Positions 26,626 to 37,614 of a stretch of DNA of 64,000 nt are shown here, piece by piece (position 1 is the first letter of the stretch; each line of letters opens with the position of its first letter). The DNA comes from Bdellovibrionota bacterium. Its GTDB lineage: Bacteria > Bdellovibrionota > UBA1018 > CAIPTA01 > JAALKR01. The notes under the pieces were generated by a model. The model had not been told where the DNA came from and did not search any database. It saw only the letters and a program-made list of their open reading frames with translations. The position numbers were made by a program, and so were the translations under genes. The DNA lies in the NCBI GenBank assembly GCA_965207455.1, contig CBDBMJ010000001.1, forward strand, positions 222,644 to 286,643. The letters run 5' to 3'.

Positions 26626-27276
26626 TTATGCTCCATTCAATGCTGCACGCACTCTTTGGGCCACTTGGTCAGGCGTCCCTTTGGCAGGGATGGACTGCAA
26701 GTTGCCGTTTTTTTGGTAGTACTCTTCCACAGGGGCCGTTTCCTTTTGAAAAACCTGTAGTCGGGATTTTGCCACCTCTCTGGTATCGTCGGAGCGTTTT
26801 TTTAGGGGACTTTGACAAACATCGCAGATTCCCTTAGTTTTCGGGGGGTTGGATTCCTCGTGGAAGCTCTGGCCGCAGTCCGAGCAAACAACTCGCCCCA
26901 CAATGCGTTTGACCAACTCCTCTTCGTCCACATGGAGGCTTAAAACTTTGTCTAGGGTCACATTTGTTTTTTTGAGCATTGTGTCCAGACTTTGGGCTTG
27001 GATCGTGGTGCGAGGAAAGCCGTCTAGGAGAAAGCCGTTGCTGCAGTCCGGCTCTTTGATGCGCTCACGAATGAGTTCTACCATGAGATCGTCGGGCACA
27101 AGCTGGCCTTTTTCTAAATATCCCTTGAGTTGTTTATTCAAAGCACTCTCCGACTGGGAAACCGCATTCCTTAGCATATCTCCCGTGGATATTTGGGGGA
27201 TTTTATAGGTTTTTGTGAGTACTTTGGCCTGAGTGCCTTTGCCTGACCCAGGAGGACCAAATAAAATAAGAACCAT
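26626..27276 (-). CDS. adk: Adenylate kinase (zinc-lid type)
   Basis: FGPPGSGKGTQ P-loop, LLDGFPRT, and a lid with CSDCG...CDVC. The start overlaps the secY stop (TAATG). Confidence 0.96.
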   Translation of the reverse strand: MVLILFGPPGSGKGTQAKVLTKTYKIPQISTGDMLRNAVSQSESALNKQLKGYLEKGQLVPDDLMVELIRERIKEPDCSNGFLLDGFPRTTIQAQSLDTMLKKTNVTLDKVLSLHVDEEELVKRIVGRVVCSDCGQSFHEESNPPKTKGICDVCQSPLKKRSDDTREVAKSRLQVFQKETAPVEEYYQKNGNLQSIPAKGTPDQVAQRVRAALNGA

Positions 27277-28574
27277 TACCTGCGACCCCTCATGCGAACA
27301 TTCGATCCCATAAAGGTATCATAATGGCGACTCATAAGGTGGGATTCTACTTGAGCAATAGTATCCATGGCCACACCCACAAGTATGAGTACGCTGGTAC
27401 CTCCAATATAAAAGGGCACGTTCATGGTATCTCCCAGTATTGCGGGCAGAATACAAACTATGGATAGGTAAACAGCACCCACGGCGGTCACCCGGGAAAG
27501 AACAAAGTTGATATAGTCCATGGTTTTCGACCCGGGACGAATGCCGGGAATAAAGCCTCCATTCTTGCGTAAATTGTCGGCCACGTCCTCAGTTTTAAAG
27601 GTGATGGAGGTATAGAAGAAGCAAAAGAAAACAATGAGGGCCACGAAAATAATATTATACATTAATCCACCAATTTGGAGGCTATCCGAGATTCTTTGCA
27701 TAAACGGGGTTTGGATAATGAGGGTAAGCGTGGCAGGCATTCCAATCAGAGCAGAGGCAAAGATGGGGGGAATTACGCCAGAGGTATTGATTTTCAAAGG
27801 GAGGTGCGAGGTTTGGCCGCCGTACATTTTTCGTCCCACCATTCTTTTCGCATATTGTATGGGGATTCTCCGTTGGCCCCGTTCCACAAAAATAATGTAA
27901 TAGAAGCAACCAAAGATGATAGCTCCCAGCATGGCTGCTTTGAGTAAGCTTAGCTCGCCCACTTGGTATAGGTTCCATGCACTGGATATGCCCGATGGAA
28001 TGGAGGAGGCGATACCTGCGAAGATGATTAAGGAAATGCCGTTACCGATACCGCGCTCGGTGATTTGTTCTCCTAACCACATGAGGAAAACAGAGCCTGC
28101 CATTAGGGTAACCATGGTGAGAAGGCGGAAGCCCATTCCCGGATCTAGGACCACAGCAGGGCTTTGCATTTGCTCCAAGCCCACGGAAATTCCATATCCT
28201 TGAACGAGGCAAAGGGCAGCGGTGGCGTAGCGAGTGTATTGGTTGATTTTGCGTTGTCCAGATTCACCCTCTTTTTGTAGGCTGCTCAATCTAGGAGAGG
28301 CCACGGTGAGTAGCTGAAAAATAATGGAGGCAGAGATGTAGGGCATTACACCTAAGGCTAGGATGGAGAATCTTTCCAAGGCTCCCCCTGTAAATAGGTT
28401 AAACCAACTGAAGATTGTGCCGCTTTGACGGCTAAAGAAGTCCATCAGCGCGTCGGCATTCACGCCAGGTGTGGGAATTTGTACGCCGATTCGGTAGATC
28501 CCTAGGCAACCTAGGGTGAATAAGATTTTACGCCGTAGTTCCGGGATTTTAACGATTCCATCAACTCCGCTCAT
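27276..28574 (-). CDS. secY: Preprotein translocase subunit SecY
   Basis: 10-TM protein with ...LGVMPYISASIIFQLL... and GGFIPGIRPG motifs. Sits in the spc-operon position. Confidence 0.97.
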   Translation of the reverse strand: MSGVDGIVKIPELRRKILFTLGCLGIYRIGVQIPTPGVNADALMDFFSRQSGTIFSWFNLFTGGALERFSILALGVMPYISASIIFQLLTVASPRLSSLQKEGESGQRKINQYTRYATAALCLVQGYGISVGLEQMQSPAVVLDPGMGFRLLTMVTLMAGSVFLMWLGEQITERGIGNGISLIIFAGIASSIPSGISSAWNLYQVGELSLLKAAMLGAIIFGCFYYIIFVERGQRRIPIQYAKRMVGRKMYGGQTSHLPLKINTSGVIPPIFASALIGMPATLTLIIQTPFMQRISDSLQIGGLMYNIIFVALIVFFCFFYTSITFKTEDVADNLRKNGGFIPGIRPGSKTMDYINFVLSRVTAVGAVYLSIVCILPAILGDTMNVPFYIGGTSVLILVGVAMDTIAQVESHLMSRHYDTFMGSNVRMRGRR

Positions 28575-29016
28575 TTTTTACAACCTCTGCTTTACCGCCT
28601 GCTTTTGTAATTTTCTCTAGGGCACTTTTTGTGAATTTATGTGCATGGACGGTGAGTGTATTTTTTATTTCCCCATTTCCGAGTATCTTTAATAAATTTG
28701 ATTTGCCTTTTACAAGGCGTTGTTTTTTTAAGGTCTCTAGGGAAACTTCCTTGAGATTCATGCGATCCAGATCGCTCACATTTACCACAATATATTCTTT
28801 TCCAAATATATTGTTGAATCCTCGTTTGGGTATTCGTCGGTATAGGGGGGTTTGACCGCCCTCGTAGCCCAAGGCATGTCCACCGCTTTTTCGTGCCCAC
28901 TGACCCTTGTGTCCTTTGGTGGATGTGTCTCCATGACCGCTTCCCGGTCCACGACCCAAGCGTTTCCTTTTTTGCTTAGCCCCTTTGGCTGGCTTTAAAT
29001 TATTTAGCTGTAGCAT
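28561..29016 (-). CDS. rplO: 50S ribosomal protein L15
   Basis: LNNLKPAKGAKQKRKRLGRGPGSGHG. Confidence 0.96.
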   Translation of the reverse strand: MLQLNNLKPAKGAKQKRKRLGRGPGSGHGDTSTKGHKGQWARKSGGHALGYEGGQTPLYRRIPKRGFNNIFGKEYIVVNVSDLDRMNLKEVSLETLKKQRLVKGKSNLLKILGNGEIKNTLTVHAHKFTKSALEKITKAGGKAEVVKNERS

Positions 29017-29209
29017 CTTTTTCTCCTTCTCTTATCACTTCCACGAGGTGGATGACTTTTTTAATCATTCCACGTACAGCGGGAGTATTTTCCAATGTGC
29101 GTTCCTGGTTGAGTCGCCTAAAGCCAAGTCCTCGAATGGTGGCTCTTTGGTCCGGAGGACAGGAAATTGTACTATGTTTGTAGCGAATGGTAATGGTTGA
29201 ATTTTTCAT
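29000..29209 (-). CDS. rpmD: 50S ribosomal protein L30
   Basis: ITIRYKHSTISCPPDQRATIRGLGFRRLNQ. Lies between rpsE and rplO. Confidence 0.9.
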   Translation of the reverse strand: MKNSTITIRYKHSTISCPPDQRATIRGLGFRRLNQERTLENTPAVRGMIKKVIHLVEVIREGEKDATAK

Positions 29210-29235
29210 AGTTAACGTCTCCCTTTATTTTTCTT

Positions 29236-29754
29236 TTATATCACTTCTTCCACTGTTTTTCCCCGGTCGGCTGCGATTTGTTCTGAACTCCTCAGTTGCT
29301 TTAGGGCTGCTAGGGTGGCCTTTACCACATTGTGAATATTTCGACTGCGTAGGGTTTTTGTGCGTACATTTTGGTAACCAGCGGAGTCCAGGATTCCCCG
29401 AACAGTGGCGCTTGCAATTACTCCCGTACCTTCTTTTGCGGGCTTGAGTATAACGTGCCCAGCACCAAATTTCCCGATCATTTCGTGGGGAATGGTTCGT
29501 CCCGCTTCTTTAATGGGTACGTTAATGATATTCTTTTTAGCGCATTTTGCTGCTTTTTTAATGGCCTCAGGCACTTCGTTGGCTTTTCCCAGACCCACGC
29601 CTACTTTTCCATTTTGATTGCCCACAACTACGATGGCAGAGAAACTGAATCGACGACCTCCTTTTACCACTTTAGCCACACGATTCACATAGAGAACCGT
29701 TTCTCCGTATTGTTCTCCGTCGGTCTCCACACTTTTTTTATTATTACTTAGCAT
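29236..29754 (-). CDS. rpsE: 30S ribosomal protein S5
   Basis: [36 protein letters not shown]. Confidence 0.97.
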   Translation of the reverse strand: MLSNNKKSVETDGEQYGETVLYVNRVAKVVKGGRRFSFSAIVVVGNQNGKVGVGLGKANEVPEAIKKAAKCAKKNIINVPIKEAGRTIPHEMIGKFGAGHVILKPAKEGTGVIASATVRGILDSAGYQNVRTKTLRSRNIHNVVKATLAALKQLRSSEQIAADRGKTVEEVI

Positions 29755-29768
29755 ATTATCTTTTACTC

Positions 29769-30137
29769 CTAAAATTCCAAGCCAGACTCTTTAGCACCGT
29801 CGGCAAGAGCTTTAATTTTTCCATGATAGAGGTAGCCTCTGCGGTCGAAAAATACTTTTTTCACCGAGTTCTTTAGGGCTAGTTTTCCTAAATAAGTTCC
29901 CACAATTTTAGCACCCTCTACGGTATTTTTTGTGCCCTTTAGCTCTTTAGAAAAAGTGGAAGCGTGGGCAAGGGTTTTAGCACCATCCACAACTTGGGCG
30001 TATACGGCACGGTTGCTTCGGGTAACCACTAGGCGTAGTCGATCGCTGTCGTTTGTTTTTTTGCCTTTAATTTTTTTCTGTCGTCGCTTTCTTCTCAATT
30101 CGCGAGCAGGCTGTTTTTTACTCATTTTTTTCGACAC
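29769..30137 (-). CDS. rplR: 50S ribosomal protein L18
   Basis: [19 protein letters not shown]...[26 protein letters not shown]. Confidence 0.96.
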   Translation of the reverse strand: MSKKMSKKQPARELRRKRRQKKIKGKKTNDSDRLRLVVTRSNRAVYAQVVDGAKTLAHASTFSKELKGTKNTVEGAKIVGTYLGKLALKNSVKKVFFDRRGYLYHGKIKALADGAKESGLEF

Positions 30138-30164
30138 TATATTCTCCTCTTTACTTTCATTTTT

Positions 30165-30710
30165 TTAAGATTTTGTTCCCGCTGATTTTCCTTGCTTACG
30201 GATCACATGTTCATTTCGGTAGCGGATACCCTTTCCTTGGTAGGGTTCCACTGGGCGTAGGGATTTTATTTTTGCAGCAGTTCTACCCACTAATTCTTTA
30301 TCTGCTCCCATGATATGTAGGGTTGTGTTTTTTTCCACCTTGGCAGTCAATCCTTCGGCCAGTGGAAATTGTACGGGATGGGAAAATCCCAGGGTTAGGT
30401 TAATAACGGATCCTTGAGCTTGTGCCCGGTAGCCAATGCCGTTGATTTCTAAAATTTTTGTGAATCCTTGGGACACGCCCTCTACGCAATTACTCAACAG
30501 GGTTCGGGTGAGTCCAAATAGGGCTGGGGTTTTTTTGGATACTTCGTCCACGGCAACCACAATATTCGTATCTTTTATATCAGCCTTAATTCCTTTGGGA
30601 ACGGTGTGGGACAATTTTCCCTTGGGTCCTTCAAAGTGCATGGTGGCACCCTCTGCTCGCACCTTTATTCCAGATGGTATCTTTATGGGTTGTTTTCCTA
30701 TTCTCGACAT
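30165..30710 (-). CDS. rplF: 50S ribosomal protein L6
   Basis: MSRIGKQPIKIPSGIKV...EPYQGKGIRY. Confidence 0.97.
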   Translation of the reverse strand: MSRIGKQPIKIPSGIKVRAEGATMHFEGPKGKLSHTVPKGIKADIKDTNIVVAVDEVSKKTPALFGLTRTLLSNCVEGVSQGFTKILEINGIGYRAQAQGSVINLTLGFSHPVQFPLAEGLTAKVEKNTTLHIMGADKELVGRTAAKIKSLRPVEPYQGKGIRYRNEHVIRKQGKSAGTKS

Positions 30711-30741
30711 TTCTTTTCACCTTCTCTTTGTTTTTTTTGTT

Positions 30742-31137
30742 CTACCAAACTGTACACAGCACTTCACCACCCACACGGGCTTTTCTTGCAGACTTAGTGG
30801 TCATCACTCCCCTTGGTGTGGATATAATTACGGTGCCCATATTATTTAAAGCTGTTGGAAGTTTTTCCACGCTCACATAAACTCGTTTTCCTGGGCGGCT
30901 CACCCTTTTTAAATTTCGGATTGTTTTCCTGCCTTTAACGCCAAATTTTAAGTAAATGCGAATATTAAGCTTGTCCTCCACAGTAATGAGTCGAAAGTTC
31001 TTAATATAGCCTTCCTCCTTAAGGACTTTTGCAATATTTGCTTTTATCCGAGAGGCAGGTATTTCTAAAACTTCCTTTCCTACGCTATTTGCGTTTCGTA
31101 TTCTTGTTAAAAGGTCTGCTATTGGGTCTGTCATCAT
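30742..31137 (-). CDS. rpsH: 30S ribosomal protein S8
   Basis: MMTDPIADLLTRIRNA...GGEVLCTVW. Confidence 0.97.
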   Translation of the reverse strand: MMTDPIADLLTRIRNANSVGKEVLEIPASRIKANIAKVLKEEGYIKNFRLITVEDKLNIRIYLKFGVKGRKTIRNLKRVSRPGKRVYVSVEKLPTALNNMGTVIISTPRGVMTTKSARKARVGGEVLCTVW

Positions 31138-31153
31138 TAGTTCATTCTCCTTC

Positions 31154-31339
31154 TTAAAAGCTAGATTTTGTTACGCCAGGTAAAGCGCCTTCTAGTGCCA
31201 GTGTTCTAAAGCAAATCCTACACATATTAAACCTACGAAGGTATGCTTTTGAACGTCCACACAAGGGGCAGCGACTTTTCTCTCGTACTTTGAATTTAGG
31301 TGGCTTTCCCACTCCAACTCGTTTACATTTTTTCGACAT
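31154..31339 (-). CDS. rpsN: 30S ribosomal protein S14, zinc-binding short (type Z) form
   Basis: 61 aa with RCPLCGR...CRICFR (two CxxC pairs). Confidence 0.95.
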   Translation of the reverse strand: MSKKCKRVGVGKPPKFKVREKSRCPLCGRSKAYLRRFNMCRICFRTLALEGALPGVTKSSF

Positions 31340-31356
31340 ATATCTTCTCTTCTCCT

Positions 31357-31989
31357 CTATTTTTTAAATGGCATGCCCAGCTCAGAGAGTAGCTCCCTAG
31401 CCGTATTATTATCTTTTGCGGACGTAACAATAGTAATATTCATTCCATGCATTTTATCTATCTTATCGTAGTCGATCTCTGGAAAGATAATTTGCTCCCT
31501 AATACCTAAGCAGTAGTTTCCCCTACCATCAAAGGACTTTGTACTGATTCCACTAAAATCCCTTACCCGTGGGAGTGAAATACTAATTAATCGATCTAAA
31601 AATTCATACATTAGTTTTCTCCGTAAAGTTACTCGCGCACCAATAGGCATTCCTTCACGCAGCTTAAAACCAGCAATGGATTTTCTAGCTTTTGTGAGCA
31701 CGGATTTTTGACCCGTAATTATGGCCAATTCCCCTTGGATAGTATTCAATACCTTTGGATCTGCCACAGCCTCTTTGGTGCAAACATTTACAGTAATACT
31801 CTTTAACTTAGGCACTTCCATTATGTTATTGAGTTTTAATTTCTCCTTGAGGGCAGGGACCACTTCTTTTATATAGCGTGCCTGTAATCGGGAGAGGCGA
31901 GTTGCTTTTGGAGCATTATCTGGGGCTGGTGCGAAGTACTCTTGGTTCTTTTTTCTCTTTGGGGTTTTCTTTGGTGGTGCTTTTGCCAT
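31357..31989 (-). CDS. rplE: 50S ribosomal protein L5 (with a ~30-aa basic N-terminal extension)
   Basis: [35 protein letters not shown]...[10 protein letters not shown]. The start at 31989 lies 1 nt from the rplN stop (31991-31993). Confidence 0.95.
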   Translation of the reverse strand: MAKAPPKKTPKRKKNQEYFAPAPDNAPKATRLSRLQARYIKEVVPALKEKLKLNNIMEVPKLKSITVNVCTKEAVADPKVLNTIQGELAIITGQKSVLTKARKSIAGFKLREGMPIGARVTLRRKLMYEFLDRLISISLPRVRDFSGISTKSFDGRGNYCLGIREQIIFPEIDYDKIDKMHGMNITIVTSAKDNNTARELLSELGMPFKK

Positions 31990-31990
31990 T

Positions 31991-32359
31991 TTATAAAACC
32001 TCTTGCGCTAGGGAAATAATTTTCATATAGCCACAGGCTCGTAATTCTCTGGGGATGGGACCAAAAATTCTTGTTCCTATGGGCTCTTTTGCAGCGGAGA
32101 TGATTACAGCGGCGTTGTCGTCGAATCGTATAAAGCTCCCATCGGCACGTCCAATGGATTGCTTGGTGCGAACTACAACGGCTTTCACCACGTCCCCTTT
32201 TTTCACCTTGGCTTTTGCATCGGAGATCTTTACCGCAGCCACAATAATGTCTCCCACGAAAGCATAACGCCTTCCGGTGCCACCCAATACACGAACACAT
32301 TGAATTTTTTTCGCTCCTGAATTGTCCGCTACTCCAAGATTGCTTTCCTGTTGAATCAT
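31991..32359 (-). CDS. rplN: 50S ribosomal protein L14
   Basis: [27 protein letters not shown]... Confidence 0.97.
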   Translation of the reverse strand: MIQQESNLGVADNSGAKKIQCVRVLGGTGRRYAFVGDIIVAAVKISDAKAKVKKGDVVKAVVVRTKQSIGRADGSFIRFDDNAAVIISAAKEPIGTRIFGPIPRELRACGYMKIISLAQEVL

Positions 32360-32369
32360 CTCTATATCC

Positions 32370-32672
32370 TCAAACGTTAACGGCTTTTCTTAAAACCTTT
32401 TTTAAAGCATAGTGCTTTTGTTTACTTCGTGGCGCTTCTTCCACAATCAATACTTCGTCATTTATCTTTGCCAATGAATTTTCATCATGGGCCATTACTT
32501 TTTTCGACTTTGTTATATACTTCTTATACTTCTTGTGTAGTACGCGACGGGTGAGTTTCACCACAATGGTTTTATTCATTTTGTCGCTCACCACAATCCC
32601 CGTTTTCGTTCTGGGATTCCTTCGCTTCTCTACCTGTGTTTGGCTTGCGTTTGTTGTGTTCTCTGTGTTCAT
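32370..32672 (-). CDS. rpsQ: 30S ribosomal protein S17
   Basis: [42 protein letters not shown]. Confidence 0.96.
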   Translation of the reverse strand: MNTENTTNASQTQVEKRRNPRTKTGIVVSDKMNKTIVVKLTRRVLHKKYKKYITKSKKVMAHDENSLAKINDEVLIVEEAPRSKQKHYALKKVLRKAVNV

Positions 32673-32696
32673 AAAATTCTCTCCGTTTTGTTAAAG

Positions 32697-32924
32697 CTAT
32701 TTTACCGTCTCTTTTACTTCTTTAGTTTGTTGCTGAAGAGCTGTCTGCACCCTTGCCATTTCTTTTCTAGCCAGAGCCATTAGAGCAGTGCTGGCCAATT
32801 GCCCCGTTTTCCATTGCATTCGTAATTGAAAAAGATGATCCTTGAGCTCCTTTGCTTTTGCTGTGAGCTCTGCCACATTCAATCGCTTCACTTCTTGTTT
32901 AGATTTTGATCGTTTATGTGCCAT
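32697..32924 (-). CDS. rpmC: 50S ribosomal protein L29
   Basis: LKDHLFQLRMQWKTGQL. Lies between rplP and rpsQ. Confidence 0.92.
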   Translation of the reverse strand: MAHKRSKSKQEVKRLNVAELTAKAKELKDHLFQLRMQWKTGQLASTALMALARKEMARVQTALQQQTKEVKETVK

Positions 32925-32927
32925 CTT

Positions 32928-33344
32928 CTATACCTTACTTTCTCGTATAATTACTTTTGCCTTCACCGGCAATTTGTGTCGAGCCAAGCGAAGCGCTTCC
33001 ACAGCTATCTTTTCTGGCAAGCCTTCCATTTCATATAAAATCCTACCCGGCTTAACCAGGGCCACCCATTGATCCACGCCACCTTTTCCTTTACCCATGC
33101 GCACTTCTGCGGGTTTTTTAGTAAGGGGCTTGTCTGGAAAAATCCGAATCCAGCTCTTTCCACCTCGCTTGGTGAAACGGGTCATGGCAATTCGAGCGGC
33201 TTCAATTTGTCTTGCAGTAATATAACCACACTCCATAGCCTGTAGACCGTAGTCTCCATATTGCAAAAAGCAACCTCGGGTGATCTTACCCTTCATGCGT
33301 CCTTTTTGTACCTTTCGCCATTTTACTTTTTTTGGTGCTAACAC
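32928..33344 (-). CDS. rplP: 50S ribosomal protein L16
   Basis: [19 protein letters not shown]... Confidence 0.97.
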   Translation of the reverse strand: MLAPKKVKWRKVQKGRMKGKITRGCFLQYGDYGLQAMECGYITARQIEAARIAMTRFTKRGGKSWIRIFPDKPLTKKPAEVRMGKGKGGVDQWVALVKPGRILYEMEGLPEKIAVEALRLARHKLPVKAKVIIRESKV

Positions 33345-33359
33345 AGTCTCTTTTCCTCT

Positions 33360-34028
33360 TTAATTTAAGTCCAGAACAGTACTGGAACCCTGTTTGCGTT
33401 CATTGGCAGGAACTTCGCCCTTATGTATCCAAACTTTTATGCCAATTTGACCGTATGTGGTTTTTGCGGTGGCCACGCCGTAATCAATATTAGCCTGGAG
33501 TGTGTGCAGGGGTACGCTACCCTCGGCATAGCCCTCTGTACGCGCAATATCAGTTCCGCCGAGTCTGCCCGCTACTTTTATCTTTATTCCTTTCACGCCT
33601 ATCTTCTGGGCCGTGGACATGGCTTTTTTCATGGCTCTACGGAAAGCCACTCGCCTTTGTAGTTGGTCCGATATACTCTCTGCCACCAAGGTAGCATCTA
33701 TTTCTGGCTTTCGTATCTCTAAGATATTGAGCACTAGATCGTCTTTGGTAAATTTTTGTATTTCATCTTGGAGCCCTTCCACCCCACTGCCTTTTTTTCC
33801 GATAATTAAACCCGGTCGAGAGCTATATACATTCACTTTTATTTTATTTGCAGCACGCTCAATATTGATCTTTGAAATACCAGCCGAGTATAGCTTTTTC
33901 TTAAGGTAACGATTGAGCTTTAAATCTTCATGGAGATGTTGGGCGTAATTTTTTTTTGTAAACCAGCGAGAACTCCAAGTTTTAGAAATTCCAATGCGAA
34001 AGCCTATCGGGTGTGTTTTTTGTCCCAT
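33360..34028 (-). CDS. rpsC: 30S ribosomal protein S3
   Basis: [23 protein letters not shown]. Confidence 0.97.
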   Translation of the reverse strand: MGQKTHPIGFRIGISKTWSSRWFTKKNYAQHLHEDLKLNRYLKKKLYSAGISKINIERAANKIKVNVYSSRPGLIIGKKGSGVEGLQDEIQKFTKDDLVLNILEIRKPEIDATLVAESISDQLQRRVAFRRAMKKAMSTAQKIGVKGIKIKVAGRLGGTDIARTEGYAEGSVPLHTLQANIDYGVATAKTTYGQIGIKVWIHKGEVPANERKQGSSTVLDLN

Positions 34029-34031
34029 GGT

Positions 34032-34364
34032 TTACTTTTCCTCCAATTCTACGGAAATATGGCTTGTTCTTTTATTGATAGGAGCACCTCGCCCTTGAGC
34101 CCTTGGACGAAAGCGCTTTAGGGTTGGTCCCTGATCAATAAGTAGTGATTTTATATAAAGAGTATCCAGATCCACTTTTCCCGTTTGGTCCGCATTCGCA
34201 GATGCACTTTCTATCACAGTGGTTAAGGCCTCGGCAGCCCTACGCCTTGGACTAAAGTGCAGGGTTTTTAGGGCTTCATTGATGCCCTTGCCTCGAATTA
34301 ACTCGGACAGTAGTCGTAGCTTCCTTGGGGCGATACGAATATATTTTGCTTTTGCTTTTACCAT
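34032..34364 (-). CDS. rplV: 50S ribosomal protein L22
   Basis: AKAKYIRIAPRKLRLLSELIRGK. Confidence 0.96.
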   Translation of the reverse strand: MVKAKAKYIRIAPRKLRLLSELIRGKGINEALKTLHFSPRRRAAEALTTVIESASANADQTGKVDLDTLYIKSLLIDQGPTLKRFRPRAQGRGAPINKRTSHISVELEEK

Positions 34365-34372
34365 GTTCCTTT

Positions 34373-34663
34373 TTATCCTTTACCTGCAGAGGCTTTCTTA
34401 TCCGCTGGTGTGTGCCCGTGGAAGGTGCGTGTGGGAGAAAATTCTCCTAAACAGTGACCCACCATATTTTCCGATACGTATACGGGGATAAACTTCCTAC
34501 CGTTGTGTACCGCAAATGTGAGACCAATAAAATCTGGAGTGATTGTGGAACGACGGGACCAAGTCTTAATCAAACCCTTGGTATTTCCTTCTTCCTTACA
34601 TTTGTCCACTTTCTTTTGTAAGTGGTCGTCTACAAATGGTCCTTTGTGTAAAGACCTACCCAT
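34373..34663 (-). CDS. rpsS: 30S ribosomal protein S19
   Basis: [19 protein letters not shown]...[15 protein letters not shown]. Confidence 0.97.
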   Translation of the reverse strand: MGRSLHKGPFVDDHLQKKVDKCKEEGNTKGLIKTWSRRSTITPDFIGLTFAVHNGRKFIPVYVSENMVGHCLGEFSPTRTFHGHTPADKKASAGKG

Positions 34664-34692
34664 AATATTGTCTCCCCATTATTGCCTCCTCA

Positions 34693-35517
34693 TTATTTTT
34701 TCTTTCTACCTTTTACGATAAATTTGCTTGTTCGTTTATTTTTTCTTGTTTTCAAACCTTTTACACACCAGCCCCAGGGCGAACGGGGAATACCACCTGA
34801 GGCACGTCCCTCACCACCTCCCATGGGATGATCCACGGGGTTCATGGCCACACCACGCACGGTTGGTCGTCGACCCATTTTGCGAGCTCTTCCCGCACTT
34901 CCAATCGTTACGTTTTCATGGTCAGGATTGCTCAACTGACCAACGGTAGCCCAACATTTCATTAAAATCTTTCGAACCTCTCCCGAGGGCATTTTAATTT
35001 GTCCATAAGCACCTTCTTTTGCCACAATTTGGGCATGGTTTCCTGCGGAACGAACAAGTTGACCACCCTTTCCTGGTCGTAATTCCACGTTGTGTATCAA
35101 TGTACCCAGAGGAATTTTTTCGAGAGAAAGGGAGTTGCCCGGCTTAATATCCGCATCGTCGCTTGCTAGAACCCTATCACCCACCTTTAAGTTTTGTGGG
35201 GCTAGGATATAGCGCTTTTCTCCGTCCGTATAATGGAGTAGGGCAAGGAAGGCACTACGGTTTGGATCATACTCGAGAGCAGCCACCTTTGCGGGAATCT
35301 CTCTTTTACTGCGTTTGAAATCTATGATCCGGTAGCGTCGCTTTACTCCTCCACCCTTGTGACGGCAGGTGATCCTTCCATACATACCCCGTCCACCTCT
35401 GGGCTGTAGGGGTTCTAGAAGACTTTTTTCAGGAGCTTTTTTTGTTAATACACTATAATCCACCACAGTTCGGTAACGTAGTGAAGGTGTGGTTGGTTTA
35501 AATTTTTTCAATGCCAT
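34693..35517 (-). CDS. rplB: 50S ribosomal protein L2
   Basis: [18 protein letters not shown]...[18 protein letters not shown]. Confidence 0.97.
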   Translation of the reverse strand: MALKKFKPTTPSLRYRTVVDYSVLTKKAPEKSLLEPLQPRGGRGMYGRITCRHKGGGVKRRYRIIDFKRSKREIPAKVAALEYDPNRSAFLALLHYTDGEKRYILAPQNLKVGDRVLASDDADIKPGNSLSLEKIPLGTLIHNVELRPGKGGQLVRSAGNHAQIVAKEGAYGQIKMPSGEVRKILMKCWATVGQLSNPDHENVTIGSAGRARKMGRRPTVRGVAMNPVDHPMGGGEGRASGGIPRSPWGWCVKGLKTRKNKRTSKFIVKGRKKK

Positions 35518-35526
35518 ATTTTACCT

Positions 35527-35838
35527 CTAGACTCCCTTAATAAATTCTATTTTGTCCCCTTCTTTTAGGGTAACAATTGCTTTTTTCCATTTGGGTTTAT
35601 TTGAATTCACTGATTTCTGCGCACCCTTGCTTCGTGCAAATGTATAGGGTTTGCCGGGCATCACCATGGTGCGAACATCCTTCACCGTTACTTTGAAAAA
35701 AATCTCTATCGCTTCTCTAATTTGAGGCTTGGTTGCTCCTTTAGCCACTCGGAAATAAACCTTATTATGGAGTTCTCCCTGTTGAGTACTTTTTTCACTC
35801 ACTAGGGGACGCTTTATTATTTCTAAACCGTTATCCAT
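35527..35838 (-). CDS. rplW: 50S ribosomal protein L23
   Basis: The ATG at 35838 gives MDNGLEIIKRPLVSEKST and overlaps the rplD stop as ATGGATAA. The longer track ORF (to 35943) would lie inside rplD. Confidence 0.92.
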   Translation of the reverse strand: MDNGLEIIKRPLVSEKSTQQGELHNKVYFRVAKGATKPQIREAIEIFFKVTVKDVRTMVMPGKPYTFARSKGAQKSVNSNKPKWKKAIVTLKEGDKIEFIKGV

Positions 35839-36505
35839 GGCTGGTCTCTTGTTTTTCTGGTTGTTTTTCTGGTTGTTTTGATAGCTTGGATAGTTTTTCG
35901 CCAAGAGCCAGTGCTGTTTGTTTGCTAAGGATAAGCCATTCATATTTTACAATATCGTAGACGTTAGCCCCCTCTGTGCGTAAAAATTTATGGCTGGGGA
36001 GATTTCTTGAAGCCATTTCTAAGGATTTGTTGGGCTCGTCGATTACTAGGGCTTTATCCATGCCAAACTTTTTTTCCAGCAGCTCTTGCATAAATTTGGT
36101 TTTTGGTTTTTCTAGGGTTAAACTTTCCACAACTAGGAGTCGTTTGGCTTGGAGGCGGTCTGAGAGTACGGAACACATAGCTCCTTGTGCCATTTTTTTC
36201 GGTACTGCTTGCCAGAAACTACGTGTTCTGGGACCAAAGATAACACCACCACCCTTATTTAAGGGAGAACGCGTGGAACCTTGGCGAGCGTTACCCGTTC
36301 CTTTTTGCTTAAAGGGTTTTTTACCTCCTCCGCGAACTTCTCCTTTTGTTTTCGTATGGGCAGTGCCCCTTCTACGACCAGAGAGCTGAGCCACAACCAC
36401 TTGGTGTACAAGAGAGGGACGAACTTTTGTTGCAAAGACGGAGTCTGGAAGATCCACAGAACCCACTACTTTCTTTTCTAAATTGTAGACGTTTATTTTA
36501 GGCAT
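35831..36505 (-). CDS. rplD: 50S ribosomal protein L4 (with QPEKQPEK C-terminal tail)
   Basis: [12 protein letters not shown]...GEVRGGGKKPFKQKGTGNARQGS. ATG 36505 is preferred, but GTG 36517 is also possible. Confidence 0.94.
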   Translation of the reverse strand: MPKINVYNLEKKVVGSVDLPDSVFATKVRPSLVHQVVVAQLSGRRRGTAHTKTKGEVRGGGKKPFKQKGTGNARQGSTRSPLNKGGGVIFGPRTRSFWQAVPKKMAQGAMCSVLSDRLQAKRLLVVESLTLEKPKTKFMQELLEKKFGMDKALVIDEPNKSLEMASRNLPSHKFLRTEGANVYDIVKYEWLILSKQTALALGEKLSKLSKQPEKQPEKQETSHG

Positions 36506-37271
36506 TTGTTCGCCCACTCTTCTTTTTACTTAGGGTGATCCGAACGATGGCACCCTTTCCTCCCGGAACAGCTCCGTTAAGAAGGAGTACATTTTTTTCT
36601 TTATCAAAACTCACTACTCGTACATTCTGTATAGTATGGCGTACATCTCCCATGTGGCCGCCCATTTTTTTCCCGGGGAAAACTCGACCCGGAGATGTGT
36701 TTTGACCAATGGATCCTCCCACTCTATGTACTAGAGAGTGACCGTGGGAATCACAGGAACCAGAAAAATTCCAACGTTTCATTACTCCCTGAAAGCCCTT
36801 TCCTTTGGAGAAACTCATAACGTCTACAAATTTTTCTTTTTCTAAAAATTCTGTGGAAATAACTGTTCCTGGGGATGGATCTCCCGGGGATTTTGCTAGT
36901 CGAAATTCCTCCACGTGGTAAAATGCGGGCGCATTGGCTTTTTTGAAATGACCAATCTCAGGCTTATTTGCATGCTGTTGCTTTCTTTTATGAAACCCTA
37001 GTTGGAGGGCACAGTAGTGGTCCTTTTTCTTGTCCTTTACCTGGGTAATCACTGTTTTATTTTCCATGTCCAGCACAGTTACGGGTAGGCTTTTTCCATC
37101 ATCTGTAAAGTATCGGGTCATGCCGCTTTTTCGAGCAAAGACACAGCCTAGGGCAAAAGCAGAGTCGGTGGTTTTTGGTGCTTCGCTTGTCTGTTGAGGG
37201 GCTTTTTTTGCCTCTTGGGGCGCTTCCTCGGTTTTGACAGCTGCTTTATTTTCTGTTGTATTCTCGCTCAT
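36498..37271 (-). CDS. rplC: 50S ribosomal protein L3 (with a ~45-aa N-terminal low-complexity extension)
   Basis: [22 protein letters not shown]...[13 protein letters not shown]. Confidence 0.95.
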   Translation of the reverse strand: MSENTTENKAAVKTEEAPQEAKKAPQQTSEAPKTTDSAFALGCVFARKSGMTRYFTDDGKSLPVTVLDMENKTVITQVKDKKKDHYCALQLGFHKRKQQHANKPEIGHFKKANAPAFYHVEEFRLAKSPGDPSPGTVISTEFLEKEKFVDVMSFSKGKGFQGVMKRWNFSGSCDSHGHSLVHRVGGSIGQNTSPGRVFPGKKMGGHMGDVRHTIQNVRVVSFDKEKNVLLLNGAVPGGKGAIVRITLSKKKSGRTNA

Positions 37272-37292
37272 CTTCTCTACTCTTCCTTTTAT

Positions 37293-37598
37293 TTACGACT
37301 TAATCTCCACGTCCACTCCAGCAGACAAGTCCAGCTTCATCAGTGAGTCCACGGTTTGTTGTGTGGGCTCTAAAATATCTAAAATTCGCTTGTGGGTCCG
37401 CATTTCAAACTGCTCCCTAGATTTTTTATCAATATGGGGAGATCGCAGGACTGTGTATTTGTTAATAACAACGGGAAGGGGGATAGGACCCACCACTTTG
37501 GCACCCGTTTGCTTTGCTGTATTGACAATATCCCAAACGGATTGATCGAGCACATGGTGATCGAAAGCTTTTAGTTTTATTCTAATTTTTGTGTTCAT
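37293..37598 (-). CDS. rpsJ: 30S ribosomal protein S10
   Basis: [18 protein letters not shown]...[19 protein letters not shown]. Confidence 0.97.
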   Translation of the reverse strand: MNTKIRIKLKAFDHHVLDQSVWDIVNTAKQTGAKVVGPIPLPVVINKYTVLRSPHIDKKSREQFEMRTHKRILDILEPTQQTVDSLMKLDLSAGVDVEIKS

Positions 37599-37614
37599 AC
37601 TTCCTTCTATTCCT

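Noticed and set aside
31869-32300. 143-aa - strand ORF overlapping rplN/rplE, considered as a possible displaced L24.
   Set aside because: It is out of frame inside two highly conserved genes. It is Cys/Arg/His-rich, with no KOW motif (no KGD.V.VI.G..KG pattern).
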